Origin: a virus | Virus record (IMG/VR): IMGVR_UViG_3300016476_001289 | Direction: 5' to 3' (one strand) | DNA length: 64,000 nt | Shown here: positions 1-9,183 of the stretch, in pieces | Position numbering within the stretch: the stretch's first letter is position 1 | Layout of the letters: each line of letters opens with the position of its first letter | Notes under the pieces: generated by a model | Database searches by the model: none | The model's input: the letters and a program-made list of their open reading frames with translations, nothing else | What the model was told of the DNA's origin: nothing | Program-made: the position numbers and the translations under genes

Positions 1-172
1 CTAATGGGAAGTGATAAAATAAAAATAGCAAAGTGATAAACATAAACAACACTAAAAACAAAAACACATATCTTTCATTATCTCTTATAAATCTTTTCAA
101 CATAAAATCCTATCCTTGTAAAGTTGTCTTGTGCTATATAACATAAACTTATAAAACAAGGTAGGATTTTTA

Positions 173-1381
173 ATGATTGACAGATACCTAACTGATGAGA
201 TGTCTTATATATGGTCAGACACTAATAAATTTAAAAAATGGCTTCTCATAGAAGAACTTGTTTCTAAATACCAAGACACACCTGAATCACTATTAGAGAA
301 ATTTAAGTCTATTGTTATAGATAAAGAGAGAATATTAGAAATAGAATCTAAAACTAAACATGACTTTATAGCCTTTATAGAGTTTATAGAAGAACAGCAA
401 CCTGATTTAGCTTCCTATTTACATAAGGGACTTACAAGTTCAGATATATTAGATACTACTACCGCCCTTATATTAAAAGAAGCAGGGGAACAAATTATAT
501 ATCGTATAGATAATCTCTTATATGTCTTAAAAGACAAAGCTATAAAACATAAATATACATCTATGTTAGGCAGGAGTCATGGTATGTATGGTGAACCTAT
601 AACCTTTGGTTTAGTAATGACTTCATTTTATAGTGAGTGGTTAAGGAATAAAGAGAGATTAAGAGTAGCGATTGAAAATATCACCTATGGTAAAATATCA
701 GGACCTATGGGTAATTATACAAATATATCACCTTATGTAGAAGAGAATGTCTTAAATGAGTTAGGGTTAAAGATAGAACCTATATCTACACAGATAATAC
801 CTAGAGATCGCCATGCAGAGTTCTTTATGGTGATAGGTCTTATAGGAAGTAGTTTAGAGAGATTAGGTGTAGAGATAAGGAACTTACAACAGTCTTCAGT
901 AGGTGAGGTGAGTGAAGGGTTTAGTAAAGGGCAGAAGGGGTCATCTGCAATGCCCCATAAGAAGAACCCAATAGGGAGTGAGAATATATGTGGGTTAGCG
1001 AGATTATTAAGAGGGTATGTATTACCTGTATTAGAGAATGTGCCATTATGGTATGAGAGAGATATGAGTCATTCATCGGTGGAGAGGGTGGTGTTTATAG
1101 ATAGTACAGGATTATGTGATTATGCGATAAAGAGGATGGTGGGAATAATAGAGAATTTAGAGGTGCATAAGGATATAATGGAGAAGCATATAACAGAGAG
1201 TAGGGGGGTGTATAATTCACAGTCGAAGTTAATGAAGTTAATGGAGAGTTTAAAGAGTAGGGAGAAAGCATATGAGGTGATACAGAAGATGGTATTTAGT
1301 GGAGAGGTATTAGAAGATGAGAAGGATTATAAGGAGTATGTGGATTATATATATAAGAGAGTATATGGTTTAGATAAGTAA
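173..1381 (+). CDS. purB: Adenylosuccinate lyase
   Basis: Fumarate-lyase signature GSSAMPHKKNP, plus GRSHG, LHKGLTSSD and ERDMSHSSVER; 402 aa. Confidence 0.95.
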   Translation: MIDRYLTDEMSYIWSDTNKFKKWLLIEELVSKYQDTPESLLEKFKSIVIDKERILEIESKTKHDFIAFIEFIEEQQPDLASYLHKGLTSSDILDTTTALILKEAGEQIIYRIDNLLYVLKDKAIKHKYTSMLGRSHGMYGEPITFGLVMTSFYSEWLRNKERLRVAIENITYGKISGPMGNYTNISPYVEENVLNELGLKIEPISTQIIPRDRHAEFFMVIGLIGSSLERLGVEIRNLQQSSVGEVSEGFSKGQKGSSAMPHKKNPIGSENICGLARLLRGYVLPVLENVPLWYERDMSHSSVERVVFIDSTGLCDYAIKRMVGIIENLEVHKDIMEKHITESRGVYNSQSKLMKLMESLKSREKAYEVIQKMVFSGEVLEDEKDYKEYVDYIYKRVYGLDK

Positions 1382-1430
1382 TTTATAAACTCCTATATGG
1401 ATATAAACTAATATAGGAGTAATTACATAT

Positions 1431-2135
1431 ATGAGATACCCATTATATAAAAAATATGCCATGCCAGTCGATCCAAGAGTCCTTGAACAAGAAGATTTTG
1501 ACTTTGAAAGTGCAGATAAAATAAAGAGTCTTGTAAGTAAGTTGAAAAAAATAGAAGGTATACAAGAATTTGATTTTTACCAGGAAGAAATTCAAGAAGA
1601 ACTTAGAGAATTGTGGTTTTATGTAGATGTTAAAAAAGGAATAAATTTAAAAGATAGGGAAAAGATATTACCTGTATTTAAAGAACTTGCTCGTATTTTC
1701 AAAGAAAATGAAGTAATACACACAACTGCATATCGTGGGATCACTTTACCTAGACCTTATTATAATCAACTATCAGATGCTTTTGATACAGAAATGCACG
1801 GTGAGTGGTTTTCTGTATCTTCCTTCCCTAGAACGAAAGAATTAATAGAAAGTCTAGCTTATGGTTTAAGATCATGGTCATGGTATTATTCTAATGCAGA
1901 AGGTTGGGCAGGATCTAATATTAATTACCAAGAGGATTCTTATGCTGATTCGATTATATTTGAGTATACCTCCCCTAAAATCGTATTCGATTGTAACTCC
2001 TATTTGAAAGAATACTATTTTCGGAAACACAAATCTCCTTTTGATCCCAACGAAGTCATTATATATCTAAAGAACCCTAAAGCGGTTAAAGCTAAAATGC
2101 TAGGAGAAAGAAAATGGTTAATAAAAATAAAATGA
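1431..2135 (+). CDS. ADP-ribosyltransferase-like protein (R-S-E type), paralog 1, with MRYPLY leader
   Basis: YRG ... LAYGLRSWS ... FDPNEVI; RBS GGAG; paralogous to the next three ORFs. Confidence 0.55.
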   Translation: MRYPLYKKYAMPVDPRVLEQEDFDFESADKIKSLVSKLKKIEGIQEFDFYQEEIQEELRELWFYVDVKKGINLKDREKILPVFKELARIFKENEVIHTTAYRGITLPRPYYNQLSDAFDTEMHGEWFSVSSFPRTKELIESLAYGLRSWSWYYSNAEGWAGSNINYQEDSYADSIIFEYTSPKIVFDCNSYLKEYYFRKHKSPFDPNEVIIYLKNPKAVKAKMLGERKWLIKIK

Positions 2136-2845
2136 GATACCCATTATATAACAAATACGGGATGGCAGTAGACCCTAGAATTCTTCAAGAAGATTATGAA
2201 TCTGAAGGTGTAGACACTATTCCTGAACTTATATCTCTTTTAAAGAGTATTAGATCAGTTGAAGAATATGAGGCAGTTGATGATATTGTAAGAACACAGA
2301 TTAGTGATTTATGGTTTTTAACAAATAAAGGTAAAGGGATAAATTTAAGAGATAGAGAAAAATTAATACCTATCTTTCAACAACTTTCTCGTATCTTTAA
2401 AAAAAAAGAACACCTTACATCTCGTGTATATCGTGGGGTGGCACTTCCTAAGATATATAAAAACCTTTTGACTCAAAGTTTTATAGAAGATCTTAATGCA
2501 GAAGGGAAAGTAGACCTACATTCTCATCCTGAAGTAATTCAAAAAGTAGAGAACCTCGCTTATGGTTTAAGATCATGGACTAAGGATTATGATATAGCAA
2601 ATGAGTGGTCTTATGGTAGTGAAGAACAGGATAGTATTATTTTTGAAGCATCGAGTAAGTTTGCAGTACTTGATTGTAATTCCTATTTTAATACGATGTG
2701 GGAAAAAATAGCAACAAAACAAAAGAGGATGCCTTTTGATTTTGATGAAGTCATCTGTCATTTAGATAACCCTCAAGTGACATATATACAAATGATAGAA
2801 GAAAAAGCAACCACTACAACCTATTGGCTTGTTGGAATAAGATGA
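2132..2845 (+). CDS. ADP-ribosyltransferase-like protein, paralog 2
   Basis: Start moved to MRYPLYNKYG (ATGA overlap with previous stop); YRG, LAYGLRSWT, FDFDEVI. Confidence 0.55.
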   Translation: MRYPLYNKYGMAVDPRILQEDYESEGVDTIPELISLLKSIRSVEEYEAVDDIVRTQISDLWFLTNKGKGINLRDREKLIPIFQQLSRIFKKKEHLTSRVYRGVALPKIYKNLLTQSFIEDLNAEGKVDLHSHPEVIQKVENLAYGLRSWTKDYDIANEWSYGSEEQDSIIFEASSKFAVLDCNSYFNTMWEKIATKQKRMPFDFDEVICHLDNPQVTYIQMIEEKATTTTYWLVGIR

Positions 2846-2853
2846 TTACATAT

Positions 2854-3579
2854 ATGAGATACCCCTTATATAATAAATACGCTATGCCTATGGATTCTAA
2901 AGTTCTAGAATCAGAAAGATATTCCGAAGGTCTAGATATAATCCCTTATCTCTTATCTCTCCTAAAAAAAGTAAATCTTAAAAACTTCTCCACCTATGAA
3001 TCTGAGATACGAGAACTTACTAATAAATTATGGTATTTAAATTTTGATAAAGGCATAAGTTTAAGAGATAGAGAAGTCTTATTACCTGTCTTTAAAGAAT
3101 ATTCTCGTATTCTAAAACCTTATGAAGAAACACCTAGTGTTATATATCGTGGAGTTTCTTTACCTAATATATATAAGAAAGCTATAACAAATACTTTTGG
3201 TTCTACAGATAGACTTATAAAACCTAATGAAAACCATAAAGTGAAAGACATATTAGAAAATTTAGCTTATGGGTTAAGATCCTGGACTAAAGATAAAACA
3301 AATGCTTATGGATATGCAAGTAAAGAAGACGATGACCTTAAAGATGGTGTGGTATATATATATAAGCAACCTAAAGTAATATTTGATTGTGATGCTTATT
3401 TTAGTTTTACTAAGACTATGGATAACTGGTCTTCTATAACAGACCCTTTTGATAGAAAAGAAATAATCTCTTATGTAGAAAATCCTAAAATAGTAGGAAT
3501 AAAGAGGTCTTATTATAAAGACGATTTTGAAGCAAGTCCAGGTGATGCTTCTATATGGGAAGTTGAAATAATATTTTAA
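2854..3579 (+). CDS. ADP-ribosyltransferase-like protein, paralog 3
   Basis: Start moved to MRYPLYNKYA; YRG, LAYGLRSWT, FDRKEII. Confidence 0.55.
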   Translation: MRYPLYNKYAMPMDSKVLESERYSEGLDIIPYLLSLLKKVNLKNFSTYESEIRELTNKLWYLNFDKGISLRDREVLLPVFKEYSRILKPYEETPSVIYRGVSLPNIYKKAITNTFGSTDRLIKPNENHKVKDILENLAYGLRSWTKDKTNAYGYASKEDDDLKDGVVYIYKQPKVIFDCDAYFSFTKTMDNWSSITDPFDRKEIISYVENPKIVGIKRSYYKDDFEASPGDASIWEVEIIF

Positions 3580-3623
3580 TATATTGATATATGTATATAT
3601 ACAAAATAAGGAGTATAGACAAT

Positions 3624-4457
3624 ATGTTTTTCAAAGAAATTTTTAGTAGCCGTAGAGCTAATAGCTTAATTCACCCTGATGTCTTAAAAGATGATTTTAG
3701 TTCCCTAGAACCAAAAGAATATTCAGATATGAAAATATCTGAAATGGCACAATATATCTACGATATGGATATCGATGATGAAGATGAAATTCTTTTTCTT
3801 GCTGAATGGTGGGAAAAAATTTGGTGGAATGTAAATCTAGGTGCAGGTATCCCTATGAAAGATAGAGAAAAATTAGTCCCTGCTTTCAGGGCTATGGGTA
3901 TGGTCTTTAACTATAAAGACTCTTTCCCTACTCTATATCGTGGTGTATATGCTAGACACCAAATCCTTAAAGCTGTTTCTAATGTTATTCTAGGGAATGG
4001 TCATATTTCAGGTGTCATCTCTCAAAATAGCCCCTTATTTATCACCCTTGCTAAAAAATATGGTGTCTCTAAAGCTAATGATATGATTAACCAAGAAACA
4101 ATCCCTGTACCTAAAGAACTATATAATAATAATCCTGCTGAAAAGATTATTAAAGGTCTCTCTTATGGTACTAGGTCTTGGACGGAAGATAAAAAAGATG
4201 CTCTTAAATGGGCTTTTGGTATCTCTGAAAAAGTTATTCCAGGTTCAGATAAATTTGTATTCGCTTTTAAAAACCCAGGTGAAAATGCCTTATTTGAATG
4301 TAATGGTTTTATAGACCACTTCGATGAAGTTATTGGTGAAGAAGCTAAAACTTTTGATGCCGATGAAGTTATTGTTAATGTTCACAATCCTCAAATTGTT
4401 AGCGTCACCCTATCTCCCCATTCTAATGGTTCAAGATATATCGTTACCATTAAGTGA
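3624..4457 (+). CDS. ADP-ribosyltransferase-like protein, paralog 4 (divergent, with internal insertion)
   Basis: RBS AAGGAG before MFFKEIFSSRRA; KDREKL, YRG, LSYGTRSWT, FDADEVI. Confidence 0.5.
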   Translation: MFFKEIFSSRRANSLIHPDVLKDDFSSLEPKEYSDMKISEMAQYIYDMDIDDEDEILFLAEWWEKIWWNVNLGAGIPMKDREKLVPAFRAMGMVFNYKDSFPTLYRGVYARHQILKAVSNVILGNGHISGVISQNSPLFITLAKKYGVSKANDMINQETIPVPKELYNNNPAEKIIKGLSYGTRSWTEDKKDALKWAFGISEKVIPGSDKFVFAFKNPGENALFECNGFIDHFDEVIGEEAKTFDADEVIVNVHNPQIVSVTLSPHSNGSRYIVTIK

Positions 4458-4853
4458 TTTTAAAGTGTCACCATCCATAAACCCATTTTCTTCACTATAA
4501 TATATTATTACACCATTAGGTAATGTTATATATAACTCGTCTTCATAATATGTACTAGACCATATACTACTATCCTTATATATAATCTTACAATCATCTG
4601 AACTTAATCTTATCTCCACCCTTGTTATATATTCCCCATCACCCGTCTCTTCCGATATACTTGCTATAAACTCACACTCTTCTAATTGAAGATCAAATAT
4701 ACTCACTAACCCAGATTCTTTACCTATAAAAGTAAATAACACACTTTGTGTTACTATATCTTCATATATCATTATATCCGTATATACCGATAACTTATCG
4801 TCTATGCTTATTAAGTTATTCTCTATAAGTCCTGTTGAAATTATGTAATCCAT
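4431..4853 (-). CDS. Hypothetical acidic protein
   Basis: AGGAG RBS before MDYIIS; start shifted from the ORF track. Confidence 0.6.
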   Translation of the reverse strand: MDYIISTGLIENNLISIDDKLSVYTDIMIYEDIVTQSVLFTFIGKESGLVSIFDLQLEECEFIASISEETGDGEYITRVEIRLSSDDCKIIYKDSSIWSSTYYEDELYITLPNGVIIYYSEENGFMDGDTLKSLNGNDIS

Positions 4854-4911
4854 TTTATATCTCCTTATAAAGATATAATACCCTAGATTTCTACCACCCT
4901 CCACCTAAAAA

Positions 4912-5094
4912 TTAACTTTTAAGCCTTTTCAAAAGCTCAGATAGAAAATTCACCGATGGATTCGCTATCGTCCTTTGCATAAAGATTAAGTCTTCTCTAA
5001 CTTCTTGTACTACTTTCTCATTTTTACAAATTACTAAATAACTCTCAATCTCAGATTGTAGCCTTTTAGCTTCTTCTACTTTTCTCTTAATCAC
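4912..5094 (-). CDS. Small hypothetical protein
   Basis: 60 aa, GGAGG RBS, co-oriented with neighbours. Confidence 0.55.
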   Translation of the reverse strand: MIKRKVEEAKRLQSEIESYLVICKNEKVVQEVREDLIFMQRTIANPSVNFLSELLKRLKS

Positions 5095-5110
5095 TTTGAA
5101 ATCCTCCTAT

Positions 5111-5272
5111 CTAATCTTCTTTCTTTATTGCTTTAGCTAAGAACTTAGCTAAGTCGTTTAGGTTTATGGTCTTCACCACAGGGGCGACATCTTCTTTTTG
5201 TTCTAATGATTTAGGATCTTCTTTATTGTCATCACTATAAATCATTTTTGGTTTTGTAATTTCTACATCCAT
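5111..5272 (-). CDS. Small hypothetical protein (53 aa, MDVEITKPKM...KAIKKED), below the ORF-track cutoff
   Basis: Translated by hand; AAGGAAG upstream; fills the gap in the minus-strand run. Confidence 0.55.
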   Translation of the reverse strand: MDVEITKPKMIYSDDNKEDPKSLEQKEDVAPVVKTINLNDLAKFLAKAIKKED

Positions 5273-5311
5273 ATTATTACTTCCTTTCTCTTATATATTA
5301 TATTATATATC

Positions 5312-5779
5312 TCAAATCCTATCTTCTGTTTGTGGTCCGCAATATACCCATACTGCCCTTATTCTATCTATCACTTCAATTATAAACTTACTCAAAGACA
5401 TTTCTATTTTTATCTTAGAATCCTGAATAGTCAACTCCACTAAATCTTTATCTTTAAAAAGTAAATCTCTTGTATAGCTATAGTGACAAACACTACCATT
5501 ATTATTCAAAATCATGACATACCCACTTATATTGTTATCACATACAAATATCGTTATCCTATCTCTAACCCATTTTCTTATAGGACTATTTTCAATATTA
5601 TTTTCTTCTTCCTTAAAATGTAATTCATTTAAAAACTCTTCTATAATTCCCTTATGAAAAAATTCCCATGCTAAATCTTCATTCTGTTCTTCCTTGATCC
5701 TATTAAGACTTGCCTTAATAGTATTCCAAGCGATATTGTTTATCGTTCTCTTATTGTTTTTGATAATTGTCTTTTTCAT
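5312..5779 (-). CDS. Hypothetical protein
   Basis: 155 aa; start overlaps the vWA gene stop. Confidence 0.65.
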   Translation of the reverse strand: MKKTIIKNNKRTINNIAWNTIKASLNRIKEEQNEDLAWEFFHKGIIEEFLNELHFKEEENNIENSPIRKWVRDRITIFVCDNNISGYVMILNNNGSVCHYSYTRDLLFKDKDLVELTIQDSKIKIEMSLSKFIIEVIDRIRAVWVYCGPQTEDRI

Positions 5780-6594
5780 CTTCTAGGAAACAACCCTTCT
5801 AGGACGGTAATCATTTTTTGTCCTAATGTCTTTGGATCTCTTACACAAATAATATTCTTTGGTATTGCTTTTAAATACCTTTCTTCTGTGTAATAACTAT
5901 CTGCAAATACAATTCCTACAAGGTGAATACCTTGCGCCTTTGCTAAATCTACAAAACTTTGTAGATAAGGATAAACACCATTATCTTCACCATCAGTTAA
6001 AAAGAACGCTACTCTTTTTTGAGCATTTATCTTTTTCACCATATCCAATGCTACTTGGATATATTGACTTACATAAGTGCCTGTATGTGGTTGATACTTC
6101 CAAGCTTCCATAAATATCTCATCAGTCCATTTTTCTTTTGAGTCTTTTAACATACAAGCTTGTGCAACATGGGAATCTGTCGCACCACTAGCATCACCTG
6201 CACTATAACTATCCACACCCACTAAACTACAATTTGAGATAACACCCATGCTCTCAGTCATTTTACCTACCGTATATGCAGCACTTATTACTTTTTCCCA
6301 TGTTGTAGGTCTTCCTGAATCCATACTACCACTAAAATCAATAGCAAATGAAAATCCACATTTTACACTTGGGATTCTATTAAAAGTCTCATATCGATCT
6401 CTATTCTCAATGTTTCTCTTAAGACTCATAAAAGTATCTGTGATTGACGATGAATTTAAATTCGCACCTTCAATCTCAGTGGTTCTTTGCATATTCTCAG
6501 TCATCAATAATCTTCTAAGTTTCATTGCTTGTGGTCTTAAACCTAAATCAATTAAATCAACGACTGCTTTTTGTTTTTGTGTTAAACTTCTCAT
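5776..6594 (-). CDS. von Willebrand factor A domain protein (partner of MoxR/CobS-type AAA+)
   Basis: MIDAS motif DFSGSM, FFLTDG; directly downstream of the AAA+ gene. Confidence 0.85.
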   Translation of the reverse strand: MRSLTQKQKAVVDLIDLGLRPQAMKLRRLLMTENMQRTTEIEGANLNSSSITDTFMSLKRNIENRDRYETFNRIPSVKCGFSFAIDFSGSMDSGRPTTWEKVISAAYTVGKMTESMGVISNCSLVGVDSYSAGDASGATDSHVAQACMLKDSKEKWTDEIFMEAWKYQPHTGTYVSQYIQVALDMVKKINAQKRVAFFLTDGEDNGVYPYLQSFVDLAKAQGIHLVGIVFADSYYTEERYLKAIPKNIICVRDPKTLGQKMITVLEGLFPRR

Positions 6595-6606
6595 ATTATT
6601 ACTTCC

Positions 6607-7677
6607 TTATTCTAAATCGAGGGGACAAATGTTACTATCTGCTGTTGCATTGCTATAAGCATTGACATCAATTTTCAAAATTGGGTCTAATGCACCTACA
6701 AGCTGTTCTGCATTACGAGGATCTTTGAAAGCACCATCAACAACTAGTAATGTTGCTAGTTTCAAAGCTTCATTAAATGCTTTGCTCACACCAATATCTA
6801 AAAATCCTAATGCTGACTTAGCTAGGATATTAGCATCTCTTAAACTCACTTCAAGTGGTAATCCTAAAGTCTTTACGGTGTTTCTCAACACATCTAAAAC
6901 ATCAGCAATCATTTTAGCTTGAGGTTTATCTAATCTCTTGTGATCAGCCATAATGATTTTAATCTCTTGATCCTTAGTAGGAAGGTCTGCTCTAATACGA
7001 GCAAAACGATTCATAATTGAAGCATCGATAGGGTTCGCAATCATAGTGCCATTAGGATCACCATCAACACCTGTATTACCTGTTGCAATAAAGAGTGTGC
7101 CAGGTAATACAGGGATCGCACCACCACGAACATTGTCAATCAAATATGCACTATTACCTACTTGTAAAGCATTTCTCAAAATCTCTAAATCTTGAGGTCT
7201 TGCACGATCCATATCGGATAATAAAATCACATAAGGATAAAGCTTACCATCACGACCTTTAAAACCTTTTACTGCTTTAGCTAGTTCACCATCACTTACA
7301 AAGGATTCAGTGCCACCTGAAGCTGTTGATCTTAATTCAGTGCGACATACCCAGTTATTCGCATTGATACCATCTTTGAAGGCAAATGCTTTAAAAGGGA
7401 TTCTAAATTCAGCACAAATTTGCTCAACGATAGTATCTTTACCACTACCTGCAACACCTTGAATGTATGTGTGTAATTTTGTGTTTAACATACAAAATGT
7501 TGCCATCATCTTCCAATTGCCTGTCTTTTTATCTTCAACAAAATTCTCAATGCCATTTGCTTTTGCATTTTGTGATAACAATTCTGCGTCAGTTAATGGA
7601 TTCACTTTACTTGTGATACCACAAAAAGCTTTAGCGAATACGGAATAAGGATTGAATGCTTGTCTTTGCTTTGCCAT
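6607..7677 (-). CDS. MoxR/CobS/CbbQ-like AAA+ ATPase
   Basis: Walker A GVAGSGKD, Walker B-like ILLSDMDRA, IATGN, ASIMNRF, SLR helix. Confidence 0.85.
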   Translation of the reverse strand: MAKQRQAFNPYSVFAKAFCGITSKVNPLTDAELLSQNAKANGIENFVEDKKTGNWKMMATFCMLNTKLHTYIQGVAGSGKDTIVEQICAEFRIPFKAFAFKDGINANNWVCRTELRSTASGGTESFVSDGELAKAVKGFKGRDGKLYPYVILLSDMDRARPQDLEILRNALQVGNSAYLIDNVRGGAIPVLPGTLFIATGNTGVDGDPNGTMIANPIDASIMNRFARIRADLPTKDQEIKIIMADHKRLDKPQAKMIADVLDVLRNTVKTLGLPLEVSLRDANILAKSALGFLDIGVSKAFNEALKLATLLVVDGAFKDPRNAEQLVGALDPILKIDVNAYSNATADSNICPLDLE

Positions 7678-7963
7678 GATGATTCCTTTCTTAAGAAAAA
7701 TGTAGTTAAAATATCAAATCTTATAAAAACATAAAATTTGATTTTCATCATTGGTAAATCTTATATGTTTTGAACTATTTTTTTCACCAAGTTTAAAATG
7801 TTTAGATATTTCAATCACTTACCAAATAGCCTCGCGGCTGATAAAATGTAGAAATCTAGCGTCAGATTAAATGTAGAAATCTAGGGGGAAAAAGGGGTCG
7901 GGTGGGGGGTCCGCATCCACCCCTTTCATAGATATATAAAACAATATAAAACCCTTTTTATCA

Positions 7964-8000
7964 CCTAGAAATAGGGGGTATGCGGACCCCTATTTCTAGG
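7964..8000. repeat. Perfect 14-bp hairpin
   Basis: CCTAGAAATAGGGG-gtatgcgga-CCCCTATTTCTAGG. Confidence 0.9.
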
Positions 8001-8097
8001 ATAGATTTCTACATTTAATCTGAGCCTAGATTTCTACATTTTATCCGCCGCAGGCGGGTCTCCTAAGTTATCAAAATATCTAAACTTTTTAAAATCG

Positions 8098-8125
8098 TTG
8101 AAAAAAAAGACTCAAAACATAGCAT
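8098..8125 (+). promoter_or_regulatory. Possible sigma70-type promoter for the rightward operon
   Basis: TTGAAA-N16-TAGCAT about 40 bp upstream of 8167; a related sequence lies in the mirror arm. Confidence 0.3.
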
Positions 8126-8166
8126 ATTTGAATGATGAAAAAACTCTTTTTTGAAAGGTTTAACTT

Positions 8167-9150
8167 ATGTTAAAGCAATTAACCACAGACGCTTTAGAAG
8201 GCGCAATTTTACAATCCTTAAGTGATTCACCACAATCACCTAAAGAGATTAAAACAAAAGTAGTCGTTATCCTCGCAAGTGATAACTATGAAACTAATTT
8301 AACTACTTCAACAGGACTCGATAACCTCTATATCAAAGTTAAAGACAAATTGAGATCCTGGGGTAAGAAAGGAATTAATTGTAAAGACATAGGTAATGCT
8401 CAATGGGTTCTCGCAAATAGTGAAGTCGTTGAAACTTCACCTAAACCTGTTAAAACACCTAAACCTGTTAAACAAGCTATTGTCGTTAATGAAGAACCTA
8501 CTATCGTTAATGAAGAACCTACTATCGTTGAGACTCAACCTATCGTCAATGATGAACCTATCGTTGAGACTCAACCTATCATCGTTGAACCTAAAACACA
8601 ACCTATCACCATTGAACAACCTAAAAAACAAAACAACACAAAAAAGGAAGAAACTCTTATGGAAACTATTAACAAAAATATCGATATGTGGATTGAAAGA
8701 GCAAAAGCTGACGGTCAAGAAATTGAAAGCACCATTCATGATCTCGAATGTCCTTCAATCCGTGCTTTAGCAATTTCTACCACAAAATGCTTTAGTGATT
8801 ACAAAGCTACGGATGATGAATGTAAAATTTGTCCTCTTGCTAAATGGTGCAGTGAATCACTTAAAAATAACTCTAAGGTGAGCAATGTTCAAGCATACAT
8901 TGCGAACCCCCGTTTAGAAGCAGAAGCAAAGGCAGAAGCTGATGCAAAAGCAAAAGCAAAAGCGGATGCCAAAGCTCAACAACCTGTTGTAAGTCAAAAG
9001 CTAAATGACGCTGTAAGCAAGTTTGGTAAACAAGAGATTGAACTTCAAAGTGATATTAAATGCACAATCACTGGAGACTTGCTCAAAGCAGGAACTAAAG
9101 GATATTTTGTAAATACAATCGGTGTCGTTTCACCTCGTTGCTTTGCTTAA
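8167..9150 (+). CDS. Multidomain hypothetical protein (possible winged-helix N-terminus, PTIV/EPI repeats, Cys cluster, AK-rich linker)
   Basis: 327 aa; repeats at ~8480-8610; CFSDY...ECKICPLAKWC. Confidence 0.7.
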   Translation: MLKQLTTDALEGAILQSLSDSPQSPKEIKTKVVVILASDNYETNLTTSTGLDNLYIKVKDKLRSWGKKGINCKDIGNAQWVLANSEVVETSPKPVKTPKPVKQAIVVNEEPTIVNEEPTIVETQPIVNDEPIVETQPIIVEPKTQPITIEQPKKQNNTKKEETLMETINKNIDMWIERAKADGQEIESTIHDLECPSIRALAISTTKCFSDYKATDDECKICPLAKWCSESLKNNSKVSNVQAYIANPRLEAEAKAEADAKAKAKADAKAQQPVVSQKLNDAVSKFGKQEIELQSDIKCTITGDLLKAGTKGYFVNTIGVVSPRCFA

Positions 9151-9183
9151 TCACATTACCACCTACACACAAAGGAAATACAC

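Larger units (their letters stand above)
7742..8141. repeat. Long imperfect inverted repeat (~140-bp arms, 7742-7883 / 8002-8141) with internal 16-mer direct repeats and hairpins
   Basis: 7840-7883 matches the reverse complement of 8002-8045 at 42/44; outer arms align with gaps; AAATGTAGAAATCTA(G) occurs twice per arm at ~25-bp period. Confidence 0.9.

Noticed and set aside
7840-8045. TAGATTTCTAC repeats resembling a Cas12a CRISPR repeat
   Set aside because: Only two copies per arm with ~9-bp gaps and inverted symmetry; no spacer-length unique sequence and no cas genes
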